This document shows positions 1-11,159 of a stretch of DNA of 64,000 nucleotides, piece by piece. The notes under the pieces were generated by a model that was given only the letters and a program-made list of their open reading frames with translations, was not told the origin of the DNA and ran no database searches. Origin of the DNA: Pecten maximus (taxonomy: Eukaryota). Numbering within the stretch: position 1 is the stretch's first letter; every line of letters begins with the position of its first letter. The stretch lies in NCBI RefSeq assembly GCF_902652985.1, contig NC_047029.1:13020001-13084000 (forward strand), written 5' to 3'. The position numbers and the translations under genes were made by a program.

Positions 1-1889
1 ACAAAATGCTTATCTAAATGATTAACTTGTCAGTTTACTGACATCAGAACCAACAGAAAGAAAAGTGTATTACGAATAAGACTGTCATCAGGTTACTGGA
101 ACGTATACATGTGTACCAACATTACTTACTTTAGACCTGTTCATTTACTTCCACAAATGTTACAAATATAATGTCGTCGTCAAATACTAAGACCATACTT
201 CAGACCTGCCAAACGATTTGTACGTTATGTTCAGTGATCCATCAACAATTTATTTTCACGAGTCCCACAATGTCAGATTATTAATGTTACTAAGAAATTC
301 TTTATGAGTACATACATGACTCGGGACTTGCATATAGATTTATCACTGTGTGATTATTGAAAAAATGAAGATGAGTTTCATTTTATTTGAAACCGTTTTT
401 TATTCAAATTTTTGAAACCGTATTATTTGCTTACTTGATTTCGATTTTTCATAAACTTGATATCATTTTGCCGCTTAGTGTCAACAATGTCACTTTAAAT
501 TGCATAGATAATATTAACTTATTGATGCATTACCTCATTAAGTGTAATTGTGTGTAATGTGTGTAAGCATCCAACGCTTCTCTAACAATAATCAAGCTGG
601 CTGAAGGGCTTACAGAAAAAATAAACTGACTTGAAATGAGAAAGAAAAGATAATACTTTAGGGGTATTTCTAGTAGTTAGTTTGTGTCAACGCCAGAATT
701 TTAAGTATTTAAGGCTAACGCCAATACACCAACCTGGAACTTACAAAAAAATTAAATTCGAAAATCACATTTTCTATGCAAGCGCCTGTGAATTCTACAA
801 GTTGAAGTTAGAGCTATGGATCGCAATGATGGGTTCTCAGAGTGAGATAGGGATAAAGGTTTCAATCTCAGATGATATCACCACATATTGGGGAGAAATG
901 CTTCCCGATTTATATCATTACTGACTCACGGCTGGTCTGACTGTCGATTGATTGAATACATAGAACAGTGATCATATCTAGTTGAGTTGTTTCTGTTTCC
1001 CGTTTGATAATTTGATGGAGAGACTGTGAGAGGATACACTGTCACTCGATGGTATATGTCCATAATGATAAGTGCTTCACCATGTCAACAAGAATGTCCC
1101 CTCCACACGTGAACTGTGATTAATGTCTGAGTCATGAGGATGAATTAATCATTCTCATGCCTGTGTATCTTACCAGGAAATTTCCTTTATTTGCATGAAA
1201 TTTGGTTGATGTAACATGTTAGTCAGTCTACTTTAAAACTGACCTTGGCCTTTGTAACATGATGGTGACACTGAAATGATACCATATAAGGACCCCTAGT
1301 TATGTTAAGCTGTCAGATGGGAATCCAATTTAAAGTACATTTATGTCATATGATATGTTTCAATGGCTCAATGTCCTGAAGTAAGCCTCGGACTACAGAT
1401 ACCAAAACACATGGCATAGTGTCGCAGTCATGAGCGCACTAATATGGACCAGAGGAGTAAAACATCAAACGTAGACTAACCTAGCTAGGTAAGTACTCCA
1501 TCAGGTATGGAATATACACTAATTAGTGTAAGTTTTGTAGAATAATATCTTACACTCACAGATATCAAAGTAAACATTTATTTTTGAAGATGTTTTTTTT
1601 TTTTCATTTTTCAAAAAGCTTTTGATAACGGTATCAAAAAACTTCAAAATATGTTTACAACATATAATGAGTTATATTACATATGTGTTAGAGAATAATT
1701 ATGATTATTTTGATAACAGTGTCAAAACATCTGAATACATCGTATAATTTTCATGATAATGAGTAATATTGTGTATTGTATATAATTTACATTATTTAGT
1801 TGGTGAGTAAATTGGTGAGGTAAGAACATGAAGCTACAGATTTTTTATATATATATATTTTAACAGATTAATAAACGCTGAAAATAACC

Positions 1890-3953
1890 ATGATGAACTT
1901 TGAGGAAAGTGAGGGGATGTCTGCGCTCCTGTCCACATATCTGGAGAGGCGTTTCATAGGAACAGAGAAGACGATTAACATCAAGAGGAGAATGGTAGTT
2001 TTAAATGAACTTTTGGAAAAAAAAGATTTTAGTGAACTTATTTACACTGGAAGTTACGGAGAAGGATGTTCTCTAAAAGGTTCAGACCTTGACAAAATGT
2101 TTGTATTCACAAACATAGAAGGAGTACACCCTGATCAGTGTAATAATATTCCTCAACACCTGGCACACAAAACTATTCTGTGCATTCGCGAGGCAGACTG
2201 TCGCCCTGGCTATGTCCAATTAGAGCTAGTTCAGCTAAAACAACCAGTACATGCATCCCTTTTGAAATCAATAGTTAGATTTGAGAATTCATTCTTTATT
2301 TCCAGTGATATCTTCAGAGAGGAATATGTTCTTTTTCAAGTGTCTTACACAGGTTCTAAATGTGAATCCAATGGACCAAGTAGTACATGTAACTATACAG
2401 GATTAATGGGAGCAGACACAGTTTATTGCTTTCCGTACAACAGTTGGCCAAAGGAAGCAAATGAATGGATTACACGTACACGTCTGTATGGATGGCCACA
2501 TCCAACCTTAATCAACAAGATTGTAAACAGTGGATGCCATCTTGTTCCAGTAGGGGATAAATGTTCAGACGATACATTTTTACAATGGAGAATCTCATTT
2601 GCAGCAGCAGAAAGATCATTAGTTCATTCCTTTAGTCACATCCAAGTCAAAGTATACGTGCTGCTGAAATATGTTTTAAGACAAATTAAGGAGACATTAA
2701 AAGAAACCATTGGGGATGACGACATCTTGTGCTCCTACTTCCTAAAAACAATCATGTTTCATGCAATAGAAAATTCAAGCCAAATGCTCTGGCAAGACAA
2801 GAACCTTTTTCATTGTTTTTGGTTTTGCTTCAACATTCTGATTGCGTGGGTCAAGGCGGGATTCTGTCCCAATTACATCATCCGAGTCAACAACTTGTTC
2901 CAGAGGAAAATACACGGACAGAATCAACAAATACTGCTGGAGATTTTGGACAACTACTCTCGTATGAAATGGGAGAGCCTATCAGTAAGCAACTTTGAAA
3001 AAACTTCAATTTTGGAGCATCTGTGTAACATCTCCATGCAGGCTGAGCTTCTTTGTCCATTGACTTTACAAGAAAATATTATGGACCAGGACTTGCGTAT
3101 TCTTCCTATGTTATCGTTTTTATCAGTATATACCACATCATCAATGATGATTGGAAAGGCATTAAACTTATATTTATCACAGTCAAATGTAGAGGAAATG
3201 AACAAATACACGTATGTCCAAGTTATGAATGGTGTCAGATGTCTTTCATTAGGACTAATCTCCAATGATCTGTGTGGAAATGAGGCTGCTGCAGGTAACA
3301 AGGCCAAATACCAGCGTCTGAGGAAATGTAAGTACTTGATGACTCCCATGGCTTCATTCGGTACAGACGGGTTGTATTTAGCAACTTTTCATTTTGTGAC
3401 TGGAAACATCAGCAAATGCCTGGAGCTTAGCAGACGAATATTGAAACTAGCATCATACTTCAAAACTTGCCATCAACTTGATCCAGAACTGTGCACATTG
3501 TACAGACACCTGTATCACCCTGGCTGCACATTAGAAAGGCTCCAGAAAACGTACATCGACAGCATTATATTTGTAAGCAAGTACATGCATCTTCCTCATC
3601 TCTGTCTAGAGCTGCTCATAGGAGGATTAATAATCATTCCACCTCTACCATATGTCTTGTTCCTGAACTTCCTTTGTTACCACGAGATTGGAGACACCGG
3701 AGCGCGTGATGAAGCATTACACCAACTGATACAGATTCAGTATCACGATGAACAGGGAGGACACAAGTACTGGATCGTTCACACACTTCTGGGGATCTGT
3801 TATCAAACACTCGCGGACTATCAAAGGGCCATCAGGGCTTACTGGGAGTCATCACAATCACAGGCTCCTTTTCATGTGATGAACACTGGTATTCACAGAA
3901 TAGCAATAGTGTATCTATGTATGTATGTCTCACAGATGTCTTCGACAGGATAG
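1890..3953 (+). CDS. cGAS-like receptor (cGLR; Mab-21 family nucleotidyltransferase) with C-terminal TPR-like helices, 687 aa, single coding exon
   Basis: NTase signature GSYGEG...SDLD with a third acidic residue in ADTVYCF. Mab-21 motifs WP..A.EW..R.R..GWP, GCHLVPVG, WRISF..AERSLV, LCSYFLKT, GFCPNY...NNLF. TPR-like LLGICYQ..DYQRAI.AY. A splice acceptor ttttaacag ends at 1866, just upstream of the ATG. Confidence 0.93.
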   Translation: MMNFEESEGMSALLSTYLERRFIGTEKTINIKRRMVVLNELLEKKDFSELIYTGSYGEGCSLKGSDLDKMFVFTNIEGVHPDQCNNIPQHLAHKTILCIREADCRPGYVQLELVQLKQPVHASLLKSIVRFENSFFISSDIFREEYVLFQVSYTGSKCESNGPSSTCNYTGLMGADTVYCFPYNSWPKEANEWITRTRLYGWPHPTLINKIVNSGCHLVPVGDKCSDDTFLQWRISFAAAERSLVHSFSHIQVKVYVLLKYVLRQIKETLKETIGDDDILCSYFLKTIMFHAIENSSQMLWQDKNLFHCFWFCFNILIAWVKAGFCPNYIIRVNNLFQRKIHGQNQQILLEILDNYSRMKWESLSVSNFEKTSILEHLCNISMQAELLCPLTLQENIMDQDLRILPMLSFLSVYTTSSMMIGKALNLYLSQSNVEEMNKYTYVQVMNGVRCLSLGLISNDLCGNEAAAGNKAKYQRLRKCKYLMTPMASFGTDGLYLATFHFVTGNISKCLELSRRILKLASYFKTCHQLDPELCTLYRHLYHPGCTLERLQKTYIDSIIFVSKYMHLPHLCLELLIGGLIIIPPLPYVLFLNFLCYHEIGDTGARDEALHQLIQIQYHDEQGGHKYWIVHTLLGICYQTLADYQRAIRAYWESSQSQAPFHVMNTGIHRIAIVYLCMYVSQMSSTG

Positions 3954-4113
3954 TTGTGGTGTATCTATGTATGTCTCAGACGTCTGACAGAGAATAGTTG
4001 TGGTGTATCTACATGTATGTATGTATGTCTCACAGAGGTCTGACAAAGGATAGCTGTGGTTTATCTATGTAAATATGTCTCACAGAGGTCTTACAGAGGA
4101 CAGCTGTGGTGTA
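3897..4113 (+). repeat. Degenerate ~45-55 bp tandem repeat (~4.5 copies) overlapping the cGLR stop codon
   Basis: Unit ~ aggatagytgtggtgtatctatgtatgtatgtctcacagaggtctgac. The first copy encodes RIAIVYLCMYVSQ. Confidence 0.85.
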
Positions 4114-4454
4114 TTAAATGAACGAGTGTTAAATGTGTCCTAACTGATGGAGTATTTTTAATTTCTCATCATGCAGGAGATGCTCAGCTCAATCTATTAG
4201 CTGTATGAACTTATCTTCCGATTGCGACACTTCAACTCAACGACAGCCATTCGCAAATAGATAAGAACTGCATTAGAGACACAGAAATTGACACGAACTT
4301 TTATTGCTTCTTAACCGTCAGCTGCAAAAAAGGTAATTGCGATATCTCTACAATCATCAGATTTGAATACTGGAGTTCAGATGGCGTATTCAGAAAACTG
4401 TGGGGAGTGGGAAACAACTTTTAGTCAATTATAAAAATATGGGTATAACGGAGA

Positions 4455-4805
4455 GTGTACTGCAGTTATCCCCCCTTGAACCACTCAAATGTTATGTAAC
4501 ATACTGAACTGATCTCCCATCAAACCACTCAAATGTTATATCATATATTGTACTTATCTCCCCTTGAATCCCTGAAGTGTTGTGCAATATGATGTTGTGA
4601 TCAGTTTCCTGAATCACTCAGTGGCTATGTAATATAAAGGAATTATCTCCATTAAATCACTAAAGTGATAATGAAGTTATCTCCCCTGAATCATTCATAT
4701 GTTTTGTAATATACTGGAGTTATCCCCCTTTAATCACTCAATAGTTACCTTGAATCATTTTTGTGACATTGAAATTATCTCCGTTGAATCACTAAAGTGT
4801 TGTGT
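4455..4805. repeat. Degenerate ~42-bp minisatellite
   Basis: Recurrent gttatctcccttgaatcactcaaatgttatgtaatatactg variants. One more copy lies near 5290-5325. Confidence 0.75.
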
Positions 4806-5502
4806 AAGGTCACGCACAACTCATTCAGCCAATCAGCTGGTGTTTCACTTGAATCAAGTTCCTAAAGAAAATGGATTTCTTGGCTTTGTAGCTTTTTCCT
4901 GAGTAAATAACACATACAATGGATACTTTCTATATACGAGAATAAAGAGTAGGGTGTTGAGATGCTAAAAATCAAAAATATAAACTCCTGGTATAAATAG
5001 AAAGATGTAGGATTCCAGGTGTAAAAAGGCGGGAATTCCCCGGGTGGGGGTTCCCCTGCCCACTGTAAATATCAGGGTTACTGTCTTTCAAGTACTGGTG
5101 AGCTTTTATATGCTATTAACGTATCCAATAACATAATTTTTCTGGAAGGGAAATCTTTCACAACACTGGAACTTCAAATGAGCGATTGAGGGGATGGAGT
5201 CATTGGTAATAACATATAGTGAAATAATTGGTTGTGTGAGACCTGTAATCAGAGACATATATACACATGTGTATATATATATGTCTCTGCTGTAATATAC
5301 TGTAGTTATCTTCCTTTGAACCACATTTACTCTTGTGTAATAATACTATGTTATTGAATGTCGGAATTCCATTCACAACACAAGCGAGCACAGGTAAATC
5401 GGTCTTTGCGCATGTGTTTATCGATGTACCGGAGCTTATTCAACATGTTCTGGTTAATCTGCCATTACGTCAGACCTAAACATCGTCAATTTTAATACAC
5501 AC

Positions 5503-6085
5503 AACTAAAGCTGTCACCGAGGGGCTAACAAGTATACCCCCTCGCTTTTCCATGATTGGTTTGGATACTTTGTGAAGCTGCCTATTTATGGTACTATAAC
5601 CAAATCAAACATGTTCTATGTTTAGGTAAGAACTAAGTGAATGCATAGCCGAACAAAATTTTGCCCATTTTTAAAGAAAAAAGGGGCATAACTCTATTAG
5701 AACTGGTAATTTGGCAAAATCTTTGCATAGAGCTAAGCCTCATAGGGTCATCTAACTACATACCAAATTTTAGTAAAATCCATTGAAAACAAAGCAAATG
5801 CATAGCCGGACAAGCTAGTAACCATTTTTTACATAAAGGGGCGTAACTCTGTAAAAAGGTTTTTTTCGGAAGACGTTACTGGAGACCCAACGTCATGCCA
5901 TCCTTCAACTCTGTATAAATTTTAAGAAAAACCATCAAAAACTAAGTGAATACATAGCGGGACAAAATTATTACACATTTTGTATGAAAAAGGGGCATAA
6001 CTCTGTTAAAAAGGGCTAAAGTGGCATAATTTGTTTAAACGGACTACTTGGGGAAAATCACAACACCATATGGTATTTTAACTAA
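5503..6085. mobile_element. Bivalve-type dispersed element with internal ~155-bp tandem subunits (MITE/Helentron-like)
   Basis: Three copies of gcatagcc/ggacaa...aaggggc(a/g)taactct at ~5643-5695, 5799-5850 and 5953-6005. Confidence 0.55.
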
Positions 6086-7286
6086 ACACCGGTGTGCTTG
6101 ACTTTCATACTCAAAATACAAACAGTTTGACAGTAAATTGTGATATATTTCATATTGATGACACTTCTGCACTTTGATATAAATAAAATTATAGCACATC
6201 CTTGGATCAGGGTGATGATTTTAATTAGAAATAATCGATAATTATGTGTCTGGTTTTCAAGTTTTCTCCAATATGGGGTCAGGTAAGGACTGAACTGAGC
6301 GACCGCAAATGATTGTGGGAAGGTCAGTGGCCACCACGTACATGTAGACATAAGGGCAAATAGAGAGTTGCAAATCTCTCTATATATGTACATGTATGTC
6401 TCTGATTAATTGCAAAGGGGGGTGGGGGGGGGGGGGGGGGGGGGGGGGGGAATTGATAAAAAATCAGTTTTACATAGAACCAATAAAGATCACTCTATGG
6501 TGGGAGTGAATATCCCTCCGGAATGTCATATTATTTTCTGCTTTTCGTACTTAATATCCAGCATATACGATTCAGACAATTTTGATATACGTGTACTATT
6601 TTGAAATGATATAACCCACATTACTTACTCAGCAGAACTTGATTATACTCTTAGAAGAACTATAGGGTGCTATAGGGTGCTTGAAGTATGGGGCATTACA
6701 TTAGCTAAAAATCTATTTATCAAATGTGAACATTATAGTGACGATTATCATTCTTAGTAATAAATAAAAGAATCGGTACAAGCATTTTATCATATACATA
6801 TCAATGGCTACCTGGTGATATCAAAACCAAAATACAAAATGATGTATATAACATTGTATATTTGTCTGTGATTTTCTTTCAGATCTTCCAAAGTATGTAG
6901 TTCAGAATGATGGCCATGTTTTCAATGAAACATACAAACTGAATAATCAGCCATTTTTGTTTTTACCTTGAGTTGTAAATATGTTGTAAATAAATTGTTG
7001 ACTGTGTCTATATGCCTTTTTTCTAAACTTGTGAATAATAGTATGCATTCTGACACCGGACTAGGACAAAATGTGAAATGTAAAATTAGCAAACAAACTG
7101 AATACTCAGCCATTTTTGTTATTACCGGGAGTTGTAAATATATATGTATATATATATGTATATGGTGTAAATATTTTGTTGACTGTGTATATCTATACAT
7201 TTTTGTTCTAAACTTGTGAATAATTGTATGCATTTTGAAACCGGACGAGGAAAAAATGTGATAGCGATAGGTCATTTCCTGCCTGT

Positions 7287-7412
7287 CACTCGTGTGGCTA
7301 ATATTTTGATATTTTTCACTCGTGCTGCGCACTCGTGAAAAATATCAAAGTATTAGCCCCACTCGTGAAATATATTTGGTATTACTGAAGACTCTGTTAG
7401 ATATCCTCTATA
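7287..7412 (-). mobile_element. Truncated Crypton-like hairpin element end
   Basis: Hairpin 7287-7367 contains four cactcgtg motifs. The minus-strand terminus reads TAGAGG, like the element at 18609, and abuts a TA run. Confidence 0.6.
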
Positions 7413-7918
7413 TATTGTCATACGTTTCTTAAACTCCAGTCAAATCACGACAGTTTATAACAGAATGCCACCCAATATGGTACTTCGAAAATGACAGTTG
7501 ACACTCCCAAAAAGAAAAACCTGTTGAGAGTAAAGATATAAATATTTGTCAAATCATCACTCACCTCTATGAAGAATGTTACTGGAATGTATGTAATTCA
7601 GTGCAAGACAGATTTGCACAAACCAGTCGAAAATTACCTGAAAGGAAAGATGAAGTTCGCTGAATAACAGTATAGGGGAAAATCTCAAATTTCAACCTCT
7701 AACATCACATTAACATTGTATCTCTGTTTGATTTTTAAGAATCCTTTCTTTATTACTTTAAATTAAAAGATAATTTCAAGAAAATACATCTGTTGTGTTA
7801 TTTTTCCATTTCATAACCAATATTTTGTCTTCTGCTTTCTCCCTTTTTTTAAATACAGTGTAAAAGTAAGATTTGGAAAATTCATCAAAAGATAATGATT
7901 CTATAAATGCGGAGTAAG

Positions 7919-7933
7919 GTGTGTGCGCGCGCG

Positions 7934-7971
<38 letters not shown>
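7919..7971. repeat. (GT)n microsatellite
   Basis: Direct reading. Confidence 0.95.
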
Positions 7972-7973
<2 letters not shown>

Positions 7974-9101
7974 GGAGGATTACTTTATGTTCGTGTTTGT
8001 CTCCTTGTGATAGCATGAAAGCTATGTCGACTTTATAGTGCTATCTCACTGAAGTAACTACAGAAGACATCCATCGGGACGCCCACACAATTAAATTATA
8101 CTGACATCAGAGAAATCAAAAAATATGTTGTATAGGATATTCATATGCTATTTGAAAATATTTTCCTGAATCTGCTGTAGCATCCAGTGTTTTTTTTTTT
8201 TTTAACTTGTATGATTTATGGGCTCAAGTACTGATTTCAATTTTATTCCGATCTGACCATTGAAAACAAGTTCATGCAGGTTGGACGTAAGAATTGCACA
8301 TGCTTTCCCTAAGCGCAATTTATAACAGGCGACTGAATTTGGGATATCGATTTGTTTTTATTTTCATAACTGTCCTCTTTCATTATATATCATAAGTTTT
8401 TTTTTCTAATAACGGTACTTTCTTCTTCATTCACAAAGAAACGCTACTGAACCATTCCATGTCATCATAATTGACAAGGAGAGAGTCTTAAGCGGCCCTT
8501 TAGGCGGCCCATTCAAGCTGTCACTGCCGTTCGATGACATCATTGTGTTGACACTGTGGCATATCTTTGGTTTTATTACATAACATTAATCAATTATGCA
8601 AATTACATAGAGATGATATGCATTTTGTATTTATTTCAGTGTTAGTTCTGAGTCATCAAGGTCAGGCTTTTATACCGCTTTGAAATTTATGTATTTATAC
8701 CCAAATGATTTATTAGTATTATTTAAACGATAACCGGTTGAGAATCTGTTTTACATACCATGGGATTTAAGCTGAAAGAAGCATTTTTTCCTTTTATGAA
8801 GTCTCGGGTAATCGATTTGTCTTTAACTAGACCAATGTTCACAACCTTTATTTTAATAATGCAACATTTGAGCCTTCGTGAATGTTTTGAGTAGTAGTCA
8901 AACGTGTGTGCATCTGTTGAGTAACAGGAACAATATAACGACGAAATTCATATTGCATTATATTGATCTTTAAAAAGAAATGAAAATCTTTGATAGGTCC
9001 AGAGGCTGCACGTATATAAGTTAGTTTTGTCCTGCGCTTTGCTGGTTGCTTCAAGGATCACACACATCAGTGTTGTAAGGCAGGTTACTCATCAAATCTC
9101 A

Positions 9102-9986
9102 ATGGATCTTCTTATTGTTGCTTTAGTGATCACTATTTCCGAAGTTAGCGGTTCGTTATATAAAGTTAAAACACAAAATACTTACATTCCAACGCCCTCT
9201 AGGATTCCATCTGTGACAGAGAGGATGACATGTGCTCTGATGTGTCACCATAGCAACTGTGATGCTTTTGTGGTGAATGATAGCGATCATATGTGCAGAT
9301 TTATGCCACCAAACAGTATCTCGTATGGAGACCTGTACATTTCTAGTGATATCGGGATGTGTCACTTTCTACCGGCGGGAAGTCCTTGAGATGTCTACAC
9401 TATAACAACCAGCGACTTGGCCACGACTGATGTGTTTTGTGACATGGACACATTGGGCGGTGGATGGACAGTCATACAGACTAGATTTGATGGAAGCCAG
9501 GACTTCAACAAAACTTGGGAGGAATACAAACGAGGATTCGGTTCTCCGTATGGTGAATACTGGATTGGGAATGAGAATTTGTTCCTGCTAACTTCCTCAG
9601 AATCATACACACTTCGTATAGAAATAGAAAATGCCACTGGTTCATCAATATATGCAGAGTATTCGGTTTTTCTAGTTGCATCTGAAAGTGAAAACTACAC
9701 TCTGACATTGTCTGGATTTTCAGGGAATGTCTATAATTCCATGACTGAACATAACCTTAAACCATTCAGCACGGCAGATCACGATAATGACGGAATTTCT
9801 GGTAACTGTGCACAAAACAACCAAGCTGGATGGTGGTTCGACGACTGCCACAGAGTCAACTTGAATGGACCGTACATGCCGTCAACAAGCGAAGACAGCA
9901 AAGCCATGTCCTGGTACGAATTCGACACCAAACGTTTTGAAACTTTGAAATCGTCGAAGATGATGATACGTCCAACTTCATTTTGA
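9102..9986 (+). pseudogene. Secreted PAN/apple plus fibrinogen C-terminal (FReD) protein, ~294 aa, interrupted by an in-frame TGA at 9387-9389
   Basis: Signal peptide MDLLIVALVITISEVSG. PAN-like CALMC...CDAF...C. FReD motifs VFCDMDTLGGGWTVIQTRFDGS, FG...GEYWIG, FSTADHDND, GWWFDDC...NLNG, MMIRP. ORFs 9027-9389 and 9417-9986 are in the same frame. TATA-like tatataag at ~9013. Confidence 0.85.
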
Positions 9987-11076
9987 AAGCATGGATTTAA
10001 AAAACAATGATGCATATTACATAGATAATCATATACTTGTACGTGTTGTAATACTTCTAGTGCAACGTCGTAATGTACGTATTTTTTTTTTATTTTTTTT
10101 TTGTAAATTGTATGAATAATTTAGACATAATACAATACACAGTGTGGTGTGTCTATGAACCTTTTAAATATGGTTCTGTTTTGCACTTTATATTCTCTTT
10201 AACCCCATCGTGTTTGAGTCTCGACAAGGGAACTGACTGCCTCAATAATTCCACAGATATTCCTATCCAAATTGTAGTAATAATCAAACTTTTGAACATG
10301 CATGCAGCTGGAATGTTTTATTGGAACCCCGTGCTTGTAGTTTAGATGATTTTACTTTTGAGATACAGGGAATTTTATGAAATCACGTTTAATATTATTT
10401 ATCAGTCTGTTGGCCTGTTTTCAGTGCATTATACCTACACCATAAATACATATGTGCAAAAATACTGTCATTAATTAATTACTTCACACTATTGCTCGGA
10501 AGTAAACATATTCGCCTGGCTCTTTCTTTTGGCATACAATGTATTGATGGTTACAGACAGGATTATTAGGGAGATGAATCGGAGAGAAATAGAAACTTAT
10601 ACTCGTGCTTATATTGTATGAAATTCATTGAACCCTTATAAAGCTTCCGCTTCCGCATTTCGTTGTCAATTGCGTACTTTTATCTATATACATCTCTTCA
10701 CATACTAATATTAGAATTGAACTAAAACGTATATCAGATAATTTATATAATATATTGTCTATGACGATGCAACGAAATGATCAAAATGGTCACGTGACAT
10801 ACAATAAGTGCCGTTTAGAAGATATACATTGATCATTCTTATTCATCGATTGCAAGAGAAATAGATTTGGAAACATTTTTACTAAGTGAAATACATACAC
10901 ACAAATGCATGTTTTTAAATGATATTATTTACCTTAATGTATATTCAAATGTGTTTCTTAACATGAATTAAACAATAACACGTGATTAAAGTGTAGGATA
11001 CTATTGGAAGAAATCAATAAAACAATGCTATGTATTTTATTCTTGAATGAGTTGTTTGTACTTGCATATACTTGCT

Positions 11077-11155
<79 letters not shown>
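11077..11155. repeat. (TA)n(GA)n compound microsatellite flanking the Crypton element
   Basis: Direct reading. Confidence 0.95.

Positions 11156-11159
<4 letters not shown>

Noticed and set aside
2729-3709. Overlapping or antisense ORFs within the cGLR (similarly 28737-29178, 34741-34945, 43762-44163)
   Set aside because: Shadow frames of real coding exons with no independent motifs.
6416-6450. Long poly-G runs (also ~42439, 45528, 53778) and their poly-Gly/Pro ORFs
   Set aside because: Simple homopolymers of unreliable length with no coding evidence.
9387-9389. Selenocysteine codon
   Set aside because: The position corresponds to Ser, not Cys, in FReD proteins, and no recognisable SECIS lies downstream.
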